64,000 nucleotides of DNA from NCBI GenBank assembly GCA_964016885.1, contig OZ024745.1:58900001-58964000 (forward strand), read 5' to 3'. This stretch comes from Eledone cirrhosa. Lineage: Eukaryota. Made by a program: the position numbers and the translations under genes. This document shows positions 25,645 to 38,527 of the stretch, piece by piece. How positions within the stretch are numbered: position 1 is the stretch's first letter; each line of letters begins with the position of its first letter. The notes below the pieces were generated by a model. The model ran no database searches, was not told where the DNA came from, and saw only the letters and a list, made by a program, of their open reading frames with translations.

Positions 25645-26332
25645 CAATATAAACAGTTTTATAGATAAATATATTCGACATACCGTAATAAACATCAACT
25701 TCATTTGAAGAGGTTCACTCTAGCAGTGAAAATACAGAGAGAAAGAAAGAGAGAGAGAAAAGAGGGAAATAAGAAAGAAAGAAAGACAAAACGAAGAAAA
25801 GGAAGAAAAAGAAGAAAAAAAAGAAGAAATGCATGGGACAAAATAGAGAGATGGAAAAATAGATAAAGCGAAGAGCTTCATGTAAAGAGACCGAAAGAGA
25901 TATATATATATATAGAGAGAGAGAGGAAATAGAGATAGATACATATATAAATATAGATATAGAAAAATTAGGTAGTGGGAGGTCATTTTGAGTAAGTGTA
26001 TCAATGATGCATTTATTTATTTATTTATTTATTTAGCTCAAGTATTAATGTAAGGGAGATATATAGAGAGACATAGAGAGATATAGAGAGAGAAAAATTT
26101 AAAAATAGCCAGACATATTCGAGGCGTAGAAAACCCTATGTTTTAATGTATTAGTATTTATAAAACTTACACTATATTGTAAATATCAGTATTCCTGAAT
26201 GAAACAAGTATTCACAATGCGTGAAAATTCATTATCTTATGTTTAGTTTTTTAAAAAAAATTCATATGTCTATGTGAATCCAACTGATATATATATTTAT
26301 ATATATATGTGTGTGTGTGTGTGTCTGAATTG

Positions 26333-26790
26333 GTGCTCTGAAATAGCGATGTATACATGAATGTATGTATAGTATATTTGGCAATATACCGTATATTTAA
26401 TTTAAAACATTTAGAAGAGCATACGCTATCAGTTTTAAAGTAGTAACTATGCCACTTACTTCTTTTCGGCGAAAGAAGGGAGAGAAGCTGACAGTCTGTT
26501 TCACGCTGTTTGGCGTTCATCAGCGCCACGTGCTCCTCTTCATTCGCCGAAAATTATAGAAGCTGGATTCTTATAGAATTCCAGTAATAATCAGGAGCTG
26601 ATTATACAGAGCGATTGCCGGTCCAGCAAAAATTAGGTATTAGGATTGGTTCTCTGAAATAGCGATGTATACATGAATGTATGTATAGTATATTTGGCAA
26701 TATACCGTATGTTTAATTAAAAACATTTAGAAGACCATACGCTATCAGTTTTAAAGTAGTGACTATGTCACTTACCTCTTTTCGGCGAAT
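26333..26790 (-). mobile_element. Small partial-tandem pLTR-like element (direct repeats about 26333-26472 and 26648-26789) with a hammerhead at 26485-26528
   Basis: Minus strand CTGATGA-acgccaaacagcgt-GAAA-cagactg-TC; helix I is imperfect. Confidence 0.65.
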
Positions 26791-27100
26791 TAGATATATA
26801 ATTAGATAAAGATTTACACAGATTCACAGTTCACTGTACAAGAGGATTTATTTCAAACATTTACTATTTTGATTAACAGAAAACAATTACTAGTATATAC
26901 ATATATATATATGAAATGTATGCGTCTCAATGTAGAGGTGCTTCTGTCCTCTTTTTGCCGTAGCCAGGAGTACCTTACCAAATTTTCTTAACTGTTATCT
27001 ATAGTGTTCGAAAATTAAGATAGCCATTTGGGATGCGGCGCATACATTTTTTTTTTTCAAATATTTTCCAATGCCTCATCAGTCATCGGCTTTGTTTATA

Positions 27101-27180
<80 letters not shown>

Positions 27181-27284
27181 GATATATATTTGCAACCCTT
27201 CATTTTTTTTATACGTTTTCTAACACGTTTTATATTGTATGTACTGGCCCTTGTGAGCAATAAAGAAAACATTATTATTATTAG

Positions 27285-27745
27285 GGTTGGACGCCATGCT
27301 TTGCAGCAAAGGGTTACAGCCCTTTATGGTCTGAGTTTATATCCCGCCGAGGTTAACTTTGCCTTTCATCCTTACGGGGTTGATAAAATAAAGTACCAGT
27401 AATACACTGGGCTAATTGCTGGCCTTGTGCCAAAAGTAGAAACAATTATTATTATTGGCAGTATCGGTAGATCGGTAAAGCGCCAGACGCCATGCTTCAC
27501 GGCATAGAGTTATGGCCCTTTCTGAGTTCCAATCCCGCCGAAGTTAACCTTGCCTTTCATCCTTACGGAGTCGATAAAATAAAGTACCAGTAACGTACTT
27601 GCGTCGATTTAATCGACTTTCCCCTCCCCACAAATTACTGGCCTTGTGGCTATATTAGAAATCATTCGGGGTCGATAAAATAAAGTACCAGTAATGCACT
27701 GGGTAATTTGCTGGCCTTGTGCCTAAAGTAGAAACAATTATTATT
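27285..27745 (+). mobile_element. Cluster of three head-to-tail SINE copies (truncated, full, and 3' end)
   Basis: The core gataaaataaagtaccagtaa occurs three times, each with its tail. Confidence 0.8.
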
Positions 27746-28135
27746 TTTATTATTAGGTTGAGAAGGAAGGGGGTGGGAGCGGGATGGTAGTAGTGGTGTT
27801 GGATATCAAATTATAGTTGCTTCAGTGGAATCCAGTTTCATGTGTTCAGCTCTTCTCTCTAAATGAGAGAGAGAGAGAGAATTAGAGGAAATGAAAGAGA
27901 GAGAGATTGTGAAAAGAGGACAAAAAATATTGAGAGTGTTAATATAAGTTTAATTGTAATCTCAAAACTTACAAGTTAATCCAACAACCAAGAATATGTG
28001 GGTGTATATAAATATTGACAAGATAATCCTCTTCAAATTCTGACAACTGCCCTAAGTGGGTAATGCTACTATGGTAGTTTCAAAGCTGCTCAAACACACT
28101 CATACACATACACACACACACACACATACATGTAT

Positions 28136-28178
<43 letters not shown>

Positions 28179-28559
28179 CACAAACACTCACATACACTAT
28201 CACGTCACAAACACACAAACAGTTTTTCACACACCCGCGCGCACATATACACGCTAGCACACACGGACACACACGAACACACACACATACACACACACAT
28301 ACACAATCTCAAAAATTACCATTCTTGTCTTTAAAGAAAACAAAAAAAAAATTCTTTTTGTATATACTACTAAGTCTTACTCGATTGCGATTAACGGCTC
28401 TATTTCTTTTAGTAGTCCCAGTTAATGTTGGAGCAGTAGGGGAACCGCCATAACATACAGTGTCTCTCAGTAATTTTAAATCAGGCTAAACCTAGCCCAG
28501 GTCTCACTACAGATTATTTCTTCCAGAGTGAGAAAGACAGAAAGAAAGAGAGAATACCA

Positions 28560-28802
28560 ATTTATCCCAATACTACACAGCTACTTAATTTATTGACTTG
28601 ATGGAAGAGAAAAGCTGATCTCGGTAGGATTTGAACTCAAAACACAGAGAACCAGAGAGAACACTGTGTGGCATTCTATCCGACGCTCTGGTGGTTCTGC
28701 CATATATATATGTAATTATACTGGTGTTAGACGTTGGGGTCGATCAAATAAAGTACCAGTAAAACACTGGGTTATTGTTGGCCTTGTGCCAAGAGTAGAA
28801 AC

Positions 28803-28805
<3 letters not shown>
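28560..28805. mobile_element. Two SINE fragments (minus at about 28560-28700, plus at about 28735-28805)
   Basis: ggatttgaactc B-box on the minus strand; core and tail on the plus strand. Confidence 0.6.
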
Positions 28806-28875
<70 letters not shown>

Positions 28876-28881
<6 letters not shown>

Positions 28882-29268
28882 ATAAGAAACGGAGAATCAG
28901 TGGTACGACGAATAAAATTTATTAGACATATCAATCGTTTCTCTGGCGACCAGCTCGAGGCACGATCGATGTAATGATCGAACCTGACTCTGAAATCGCA
29001 AGATCCTCAGATACTGGACATTTTGAAACTCTGCATCGTAGAATCGAGACGTATCTGAGGATCTTGCGATTTCAGAGTCAGGTTCGATCATTGCATCGAT
29101 CGTGCCTCGAGCTGGTCGCCAGAGAAACGATTGTAATATGTCTAATAAATTTTATTCGTCGCACCACTGATTCTCCGTTTCTTATGTGATATTATACTCT
29201 GCTCTGTAAGAGCATCGAGTGCTCAAACGGCCTACCGCTTACGGACGCTTTAAGCTTCCCACGACAAT
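28876..29268 (+). mobile_element. ORF-less inverted pLTR hairpin (28876-29192) plus a 3' tail
   Basis: Arms of about 138 bp, hammerhead, (TA)n flanks. Confidence 0.85.
29048..29142 (+). ncRNA. Type I hammerhead with an extended helix II (about 62 nt)
   Basis: gacgtat-CTGAGGA-tct...aga-GAAA-cgattg-TA-atatgtc. Confidence 0.85.
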
Positions 29269-29321
29269 TATATATATATTTATATATATATTTATATATA
29301 TATATATGAATATATATATGT

Positions 29322-29376
<55 letters not shown>

Positions 29377-29868
29377 TAAACAAATAATGAACAAACAATT
29401 CCTTATATTAAACAAAAAAAGTTCACTATTTAACGATCGTTTCTAGGGCATATATGTGCTATAATTGGTATGCATATTTAACAGATCTATGTACAAAATT
29501 ATACAAAATTATACAAATTATCAAGATTAAATATACATACCTAACTCATATATACGCCGTCTTCAGAAATAATGAAGTATATTTATTGATAATAACAACA
29601 ATTCAAAATATCAGTTCAAAATTGACCAATGAAAACACAAAGGGTTAAAAAGCAGTTTGGTGTGTGTATATACATGTAAAACCCTACACACATTTTACAA
29701 TAATGTGTGTATAATATGTATGTGCATACTAAAAAGATGGATGCAAATAAAAAATTTCAAGGTTAATATCTCTGTAAGCTTAATGCGCTGATAAGATACG
29801 CAATGATACTTATGTAGTCAAGCATATAAATATATTTTTTTCATACTCACACATATCAGTATAATCAC

Positions 29869-31713
29869 AAATCAGATATTGGAATAATTAGCAAAAAAAT
29901 TTTAGATAGAGTCATCCCACAAATAAGAAAATACGTTATTTTACCACTCTGGGAAAACACCTCCCAGGTAATTAATTGGTTTAAAAATATTAGGTGTAAA
30001 TCTTCTGCTTCTTTCCTACAGTTTGATATAGATAACTATTATTCTTCTATATCACCCATACTCCTGAACAAAGCATTAATATTTGCTAAAAATAGATCTA
30101 TTTTAACTTCGGATGACATTAACATTATTACACATGCTAGACAAACACTTATTGAATTTCAGAATGAATACTGGACCAGAAACACTTATAGTAATCTTTT
30201 TGATATTACTATGGGTTCAAGCGATTCTGCCCAAATTACTGATCTTGTGGGCCTCTTTCTCCTTTTCAACATAAATGCCTCTTTTCCCCACCTCAAAGGT
30301 GGTTTATATCGTGATGACTGTCTTCTTCTTTCTAACAACCTTAGCCTTTCAGAAATCGAAAAAAACAAAAAGCATATTAGAACTTTCCTTAAGGACTATT
30401 ATAATCTTAATATTACTTTTGAAAAAACAAGTAAAGTAGTAAATTTCCTAGATATAACTTTAGATTTAGCTACGGGTATATACCAACCTTACCATAAACC
30501 TAACCAAAACTTACATTACATACACTCACAATCTAATCACCCTAAATCTATCCTTAAAAACCTTGCATATAATATATCACTTAGAATTTCTAACCTTTCT
30601 TCTAACCAAGATGTATTTGATAAAAATGCGACCTTTTATAATGAAGCTCTAGATAGAAGTGGCCACAAAAATAGATTAGAGTATATAACTTCTACTAAAA
30701 ATACTGAAAACATACAGCATAATATTACCAACAAACACCAAATGAAAGGTACACACCTAAATGCCACCCACAGTATACCCCAAAATACTAAATCTTCTAA
30801 TATAAAGTATAGTAACCCTCAAAAAACTACTCATCATAAGACTATAATAAATATTAATAATAAAACTCCTAATAAAAAAGATAAAACACCTAAATCTACA
30901 AATATAACTAAAAATAGTTGTGGTGAGATCATTAACATTATTCCTCCTAGTAAAAATCATGATACAACATATAAAAATAATAAAAATAATAAACAACATA
31001 GAAACCGTAATAGACGAGTTACTTGGTATAATGCTCCTTTTAATTTACAAGTTAAGGATAATATTGCTAAAAAATTTTTTTATATCCTTGAGAAAAACTT
31101 CCCGCCAAACCACAAATACCATCAAATCTTAAATAGGTCTACAGTTAAATTCTCATATTCTACAACAAATAACATAAAACAAAATATAAGTGCATATAAT
31201 GCATATAAATGTAAGAAAACTATAAGTATACCACCAGTACATCAAATTAACAATAATATCTCCTCAAATACAGAATTAACGAAAGGATGTAACTGTAGAA
31301 ACAAAACAAACTGCCCATTAAAAGGGAATTGTCTTGTTAACAACATAGTCTATAAATGTAATGTTAAAACTAAAGATTCTATTTGCTCATATATAGGAGC
31401 TACCTCTAACAATTTTAAGACAAGGTATAATACCCACAAACATAGCTTTAAAAATGCCGCACTGGCTAATACAACATCTCTAGCAGAAAAAATCAATAGT
31501 TATAAAAATAAAAATATAAAATATGATTTGACCTGGAGTGTGCTCAAAAGAGCCACCCCTTATCAAAATAATAGAAAGGAATGTAGATTATGTTCCCAAG
31601 AACTATTTGAAATAATGAAGTCTAGGGATATCTTATTAAATAAAAGACAGGAATTAATTATATCGTGTAATCATAAACTAAAAAAAACATTTAAATATTA
31701 TAAACCTAATTAA
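29869..31713 (+). CDS. PLE RT plus GIY-YIG, 5'-truncated but uninterrupted
   Basis: The frame is open from KSDIGIISKKILDRVI through QFDIDNYYSSI, MGSSDSAQ, LYRDD, CNCR..CPL, IVY..YIG and CRLC. It is homologous to the 737-aa ORF. Confidence 0.9.
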   Translation, partial: KSDIGIISKKILDRVIPQIRKYVILPLWENTSQVINWFKNIRCKSSASFLQFDIDNYYSSISPILLNKALIFAKNRSILTSDDINIITHARQTLIEFQNEYWTRNTYSNLFDITMGSSDSAQITDLVGLFLLFNINASFPHLKGGLYRDDCLLLSNNLSLSEIEKNKKHIRTFLKDYYNLNITFEKTSKVVNFLDITLDLATGIYQPYHKPNQNLHYIHSQSNHPKSILKNLAYNISLRISNLSSNQDVFDKNATFYNEALDRSGHKNRLEYITSTKNTENIQHNITNKHQMKGTHLNATHSIPQNTKSSNIKYSNPQKTTHHKTIININNKTPNKKDKTPKSTNITKNSCGEIINIIPPSKNHDTTYKNNKNNKQHRNRNRRVTWYNAPFNLQVKDNIAKKFFYILEKNFPPNHKYHQILNRSTVKFSYSTTNNIKQNISAYNAYKCKKTISIPPVHQINNNISSNTELTKGCNCRNKTNCPLKGNCLVNNIVYKCNVKTKDSICSYIGATSNNFKTRYNTHKHSFKNAALANTTSLAEKINSYKNKNIKYDLTWSVLKRATPYQNNRKECRLCSQELFEIMKSRDILLNKRQELIISCNHKLKKTFKYYKPN

Positions 31714-33417
31714 TAACATTATTCTAGAATTTAATTTAATTTAAATGTTAGTTAACCTATAAATTTAATTTAATTAATATTTTATTACAGATGAGAAAAT
31801 ATTATGTAATCATTAATTTTGAAAAACCTTTAAATATTACTAATATATATTCAGTAATTTAATTTATAGATTAATTTTAACTTATTTTAACCTTTTATTA
31901 TAATTTTTTAATTTAGTTTAACCTTTTATTATAAAAAAAATTTTTTTTTTTTTATTATAATTCTTTTACAGATAAAATATAACAAAATAATATCATGTAT
32001 CCTATGACGGAGAAAGAATTTTTAGTATTATTGACCTAATTAATATACATTTTGGAAATATATTTATTATTTGGTTTTAGCTTTAATCAACCTAAAACTT
32101 TAATTTTAATTTTAATTTGCTTAAAATTAGTATCCTTGTACAGACGAATTGCAGAATTTCATGTAATCATAGAATGGGAGGTGTTTTTGGATATATACCT
32201 AGTTAATATATTCTGTGCAAATTTTTTGAAAAAGATATGTATATCTATATGTATATGTATATGTGTGTATTGTATGTGTATCTGTATGTATATTTATGTG
32301 ACTATATATGTATGTACGTGTGTATATATATGTATATATATATATATATATGTGTATGTATATGTATATGTATGTGTATGTGTATGTATATGTATGTGTA
32401 TGCGTATTAATTTTGATTTTTATTTGCATATAATTATATTATGCTATTGATGAAATACAATATCTGCTTTATGTATTGTATACCTAATTAACATATACTA
32501 ATTAACATATACTATTGAAATAAATATATAATTTTTAACTTAGTTTACATATAATTTATATGCTACTACCGATGTAATACTTTATTTTATTTTTATTTGG
32601 GTTTCTTTTCCCTATTATTAACTTTAATTTAGTTATAATGTAATTAATAATCTACTACTGTTTGACTTCATAATTCTGCTTCAAATATTATAAACCTAAT
32701 TAATTTACACCTTGGAAATCAATATGTTGACTATCTTTGGTTTAGTTGACATATGATTAATGGTATACTTTTTTATTTTGTGATGCATAGATTTCGTATT
32801 TCCTAGCATTGAAAATATGTAAGAACATACATTGAATTAAGATATGGAAAATATTATAGGTTTCTTGAAACATATATTTACTTTGATCCCCTTCTCCAAA
32901 CCCCCCCCCTTTCCCCCATACTATTATCATCTGTTTTTGTAAGTGTATATGTATGAATATATGGGTAGATGGGTGTCTATATAGTTTTTTTTTGGTATTT
33001 ATTTCTAGATATAAAAATACATATATGAGCATGTAAATATGAATGTAAGATTGAGTGTGTATATATGATTGTATATACATATGTATGTATATGTATGTAT
33101 ATATATGTATTATATATGTACGTGTATGTGAATGTGTGGTATATATATGTGTAGGTATATGTATATATGTGTGCGTATGTGTATGCTTGTATATAGGAAT
33201 ATATATGTGTGTATATATGTATATATGTATATGCGTGTTTGCATGTATGTGTATATGGGTTCTGTATATATTTGTATGTCTCTCTATTTATATGTTTATC
33301 TTCGTATCTATGTGATATATGTGTGTGTGTGTGCATGTATGCATATGTATGTGTTTGTGTGTGTTTGTATGTGTGTGTGTATATATATGTATGTATTTGC
33401 GCACACTCACATACACA

Positions 33418-33448
<31 letters not shown>

Positions 33449-33545
33449 GTGAGTGTGTATGTGTGTCTGTATGTGTGTGCGTGTGTATATATGTGTATAT
33501 ATATATATATATGTGTATGTATGTGTATGTGTGTGTATATAGATA

Positions 33546-33582
<37 letters not shown>

Positions 33583-33721
33583 ATATAGGTGTCTATGTGT
33601 GAATATATGTCTTTATTCGTATGTGTGTATTTATATATGTTTATATTTAGGTGTATGTATGTATGTGTATGTATGTATGTATATGTATGTGTATGTATGT
33701 ATATGTGTATATGTGTGTATA

Positions 33722-33752
<31 letters not shown>

Positions 33753-33978
33753 TATTCTTTATTATTATTATAATATAACTTATGTGTATATGTGTATAAG
33801 TGAGGTTGTGTATGTATATATACTATGTGTATATATAAGGGTAATGAAATGTATATATATATATATATATATATATATGTGCATGTCTGTATTTTATGTG
33901 TGTGTGTGTATATATATATATATGTGTATGTGTGTATATGTGTATGTATATATGCATATATGTTGTACGTGTGTGTAT

Positions 33979-34020
<42 letters not shown>

Positions 34021-34130
34021 GGATGTTTGTATGTGTTTTCATGGTGGTATGAGTGTGGGATATATATGTTTATGTATAAGTATATGTATGTGTATGTATA
34101 TATATATGAGTCTATGTGTGTGTGTGTATA

Positions 34131-34177
<47 letters not shown>

Positions 34178-34950
34178 ATGTGTGTATGTGTTGCGCGTGT
34201 GTGTGTCCGTATTTTTATCTTTTTATATGTGTATGTGTATGTTCGTGTAAATGTATGTGTGTGTAGGACAGTATAGGTATGTGTGTATGTATGTATGTGT
34301 AGATATCTCTATGTGCGCGTACATGTACGTATGTGTATGTATATCTGTATGCGTATGTACATTATATTATGTAATATATTTTATTGTTTTTATTTTTTTA
34401 TTTTTCATAATTTATAGATACATTTATATTAGGCTGTCTGGTCTGACAACCTAATACTGACCCCTCCCCCCCCCCCCCTCCCACCTAATTTCTGTATCTT
34501 GATCTTGAAAATTGTGTGTACCAGTGTGTTTATGTGAGTGACTTAATTTCTATTTGCTTATGATTTTATATCCACATATATAAATGTGAGTGGGGGGTGT
34601 GTGTGTGTTTGTGTGTTCGTGGTTATGTGTATATTTATATATATACGCACATGTATGTGTGATTATACTGATATGTGTGAGTATGAAAAAAATATATTTA
34701 TATGCTTGACTACATAAGTATCATTGCGTATCTTATCAGCGCATTAAGCTTACAGAGATATTAACCTTGAAATTTTTTATTTGCATCCATCTTTTTAGTA
34801 TGCACATACATATTATACACACATTATTGTAAAATGTGTGTAGGGTTTTACATGTATATACACACACCAAACTGCTTTTTAACCCTTTGTGTTTTCATTG
34901 GTCAATTTTGAACTGATATTTTGAATTGTTGTTATTATCAATAAATATAC

Positions 34951-35105
34951 TTCATTATTTCTGAAGACGGCGTATATATGAGTTAGGTATGTATATTTAA
35001 TCTTGATAATTTGTATAATTTTGTATAATTTTGTACATAGATCTGTTAAATATGCATACCAATTATAGCACATATATGCCCTAGAAACGATCGTTAAATA
35101 GTGAA
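34951..35105 (+). ncRNA. Type I hammerhead with a 116-nt helix II (mirror copy on - at 29422-29576)
   Basis: ttcattattt-CTGAAGA-c-ggcgtatat..ggtatgtatatttaa...ttaaatatgcatacc..atatatgcc-cta-GAAA-cgatcg-TT-aaatagtgaa. Confidence 0.85.
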
Positions 35106-35290
35106 CTTTTTTTGTTTAATATAAGGAATTGTTTGTTCATTATTTGTTTAATATTTTATCTTGACTCTGTATACCGTTTATCTTTCACCGAAATTGGATT
35201 TTCATTACATCTCTTCTTTCCATGATATCCGGAATACATTGAGTTCTTCATACGGATTGGACACTACCGTAAACTCTTGGTAGATTTATC

Positions 35291-35329
<39 letters not shown>

Positions 35330-36821
35330 GCATGGATGTATACATACATATATACAATCATACATACATACACACATGCATATATACATACATACATGTA
35401 TGTATGTGTGTGTGTGTGCCTCTGTGTGTGTATCTATAAAAAGCGTTAGAAAAAGTATATGTTTAACAAAAAAACTGCTTATCATTATTCTTAGAAACAT
35501 TATTTTGCCTATCTGATTCACTTCTTTTTTTCCTGAATTTTCAGCTAAATATTTCTCCTTGAATATAAAAAATTCATTACATATTTTTTCATATCTGTTC
35601 GCAACTGTCAGTACTATTCAATTTCATTAGTTTTATTCCTTTTACTTTTTAGATGCCCACTGGATTTCCACGTGCCAGTTGAAGTCTCTGTTTGAAAATT
35701 GTCCATGAAACTTTCTTTGATTAAATAAGATATCAATGAATCTTAGTCGTGGTTTCGTTATATTTGAGCCAACAGCATATACCTGGAAATAAAATACTCG
35801 AACTTTGAAACAAGATGATTAAAAACCAACAGATATTATTGCAATATTATTCCTAAGCTATTTACCATCGAAGAAACTATGTAAAAATCTTTCCTTGTGT
35901 GATACCATAAATTTGTTTTAACTGTAAGTCCATCTTTGCGGTGTCTTCTAAATAACATTGGGAAATACTATACTACGTGACGTTGGAAAGGAGTGAATGA
36001 CAAACACGTATATTAATCCCTTGATACTAACTCATTAAAGACATAAAAGAAAGATCCCATTATTTGTCTAGAGGAGAGAAACTCCATTGTAAACAAGTTT
36101 CCGAAACTGGTAGTCCTAAATAATTGCAAATATAGCGTCTTTAATCTGCCAGCTATATTATTACTGAAAAGAGTCGTAATTTTACAGGAATATCACTAAT
36201 ACTATTACTGTAATAATTTACATCCACATATCTTTATTGATTTCTAAGTACCGATGTTATTTAAATTAGAAAAATTACATAAGATATCTTACAGCCTATG
36301 AATTAATAAGAGCATTACAAGAACAAATGTAAACATAACTAGCTTTACCTACAAGGAATTTTACGCACAAAGCATCATTTAAATTGAGTTGCCATATATG
36401 CTGAATATAACTAATTTCCTATGATATCACTGGAGGGATATTATTGGTAGAAAATTTGGAGGAGAGTATACACGGTTAGATTGAATGTTTTGAGCACCAA
36501 TTTAAGTTGTTATGGTTGAATTCAATACACGTACAGAGAATTTAGATTTACGAAATTTAATTAATCAGCAAGAAGATTTATCACGAGATTCACCATCTAT
36601 TGTTCGATTCATGTATTGTACTGCAACGTATTGTACAGTTACGCAACCACTTTACCAAACACCTAAACTTATTCAAAGAATTCATCTACGTTATATATAT
36701 GTGGGGGGGTATGCGTGGCTGTGTGTGGGGGGGGGGGGGGGGGTATGTATGCGTGGCTGTGTGTGCATGCCTGCTTATGCGCCTCTGTATGTGCATGTAT
36801 ATATGCTCGTGTGTATGTTTA

Positions 36822-36854
<33 letters not shown>

Positions 36855-37000
36855 GTGTGTATGTGTGTGTGTATGTGTGTATGCGTGCGTGTGCGTGCCT
36901 GTTTGGGCGTGTGTGTGCATGTATATACATATGTGTGTACGTGTAAGTGTATCTATATGTATGTGTATGTATGTATTAATGTGACTATGTGTGTGTGCGC

Positions 37001-37060
<60 letters not shown>

Positions 37061-38206
37061 GTGTATGTGGAGTACGTGCATAGGAGTGTGTAAACTCTGT
37101 ATGTCCTATACTACAAACGTATGCATGTAAGTATGTACAGATTGGCCTCGGGCCTAAGATAAAACATGTCTTTAGTATTTTTAGCATTATCCATTATTAC
37201 TTGGTTTACTGCATCCATAAATATACATACCTACCATCTCATTTCACCTTCTCTGTTCATCTCTAGCTAGCGTTATATAAAACCGAAGGTCCTTTAAAAC
37301 ATGTATGAATGTGGAATACACATCAAAGTCCATAAAAGAGAAGAAAGCATATTGCTGAAAATGTTACCATAAAATTAAAAAAAGAAGTAAAATACTACTA
37401 TGCAGTAACAAAATGCATTTGTCATTGTGAAGCAGAGAAAGATGATATTAAAAACGAATGCGAATAAAAAGGTTTATGAATATTTAATGAAAATGTTGCT
37501 CTCCAAATGCTGTTACATCCAGTTATTAGAGAAAGTTTCCCTCTGATAATACATTACTTGAATCAAACATTGATATCTTGTAGAGGTATAGCTGTGTAAT
37601 TAACGGAAACAGACATAGTTTTACAACCGCATGTTTCCAAGTTCTATTCTAATGCGTGGCACCCTGAGCTAGCATCATCTGCCATAAGTGCGAGTTGAGC
37701 AATGTTTTATGGGTGGAAATACTTAAACTGCGTGGAAACCGGTCGTGTGTATGTATGTATGATGCGTTTATGAATGTGTGTATGTATATATGTGTTTATG
37801 AATGTGTGTATGTATATATGTATGCATGTACGTTTGGATGAATGCATGCATGTACATATATTTGTATGGATGGATGAATGGATGGATGTATGCATGTATG
37901 TATATATGTATACAGGAGGAAACCAATAATCTAAGGTACCAAGAAAAATACCTCCTGGTATTATTCCGGCACAGTTTCAGAGACACTCGCTTAGAATCAG
38001 TACTGACGAGTGATTTGTCCATCGTCAAAAATGTATAATCAATGACATACATTTTTATGTAGCATGCCAAGAAATAAAGTTGTTTCATAAAAGCATTCCT
38101 ATAAATTTAATTATATCTCATCGAGTAAAACCAGATTATATTTTCATTTAACGTTTTCACTGCTGGTGGTTTGGCAGAATCGACATGGTATCATTGTTTT
38201 CCTCCA

Positions 38207-38527
38207 TCAACTTCCTTGAAGTCCTTGAGGCAAGCTTGTTTCATTGACTAGCTTGGTTAACTCAGATTTTGATTGTCGTAACTTCTTAGCCTCATCAGCA
38301 GTCAGGTTTAGAATGTCTGCATACTTCAACCATGGATCTCGATATCTTCTGGTTGGTTTGGCAAACAATACTTTCTTTGTGATTGTTGTATTTTCTGCTC
38401 GATATACATGTCCGATATATTTGAAGTGTTGTGCATGAATACAATATATTTCTATGCATTCTGATATTTTAGTACGTTCCTTTATGTTCTGAAGTCGAAT
38501 CGAGTCTAGGTTAAATTTGTCTTTCAT
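38207..38527 (-). pseudogene. Possible LINE RT C-terminal fragment
   Basis: FKYIGHVYRAENTTITKKVL resembles the L.W.GH..R......K..L motif. Confidence 0.45.

Larger units (their letters stand above)
21527..26288 (-). mobile_element. Full-length Penelope-like element (Nematis/Neptune-type) with ~760-bp direct pLTRs (21527-22286 and 25531-26288)
   Basis: Near-identical direct repeats about 4004 bp apart, intact ORF, a hammerhead in each pLTR, (TA)n at both ends. Confidence 0.92.
29368..35295 (+). mobile_element. 5'-truncated PLE with an inverted upstream pLTR (29368-29868), a ~3-kb microsatellite-rich 3' region, a 3' pLTR (34660-35159) and a tail
   Basis: Near-perfect inverted repeats of about 500 bp bracket the ORF; each contains a hammerhead. 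Confidence 0.88.

Noticed and set aside
36062-36120. CTAGAGGA...GAAA-ctgg-TA
   Set aside because: There is an insertion in the core and no helix I. Probably an old decayed hammerhead, so not called.
38000-38090. CTGACGA with a distant GAAA
   Set aside because: The bases of helices I and II do not pair convincingly.
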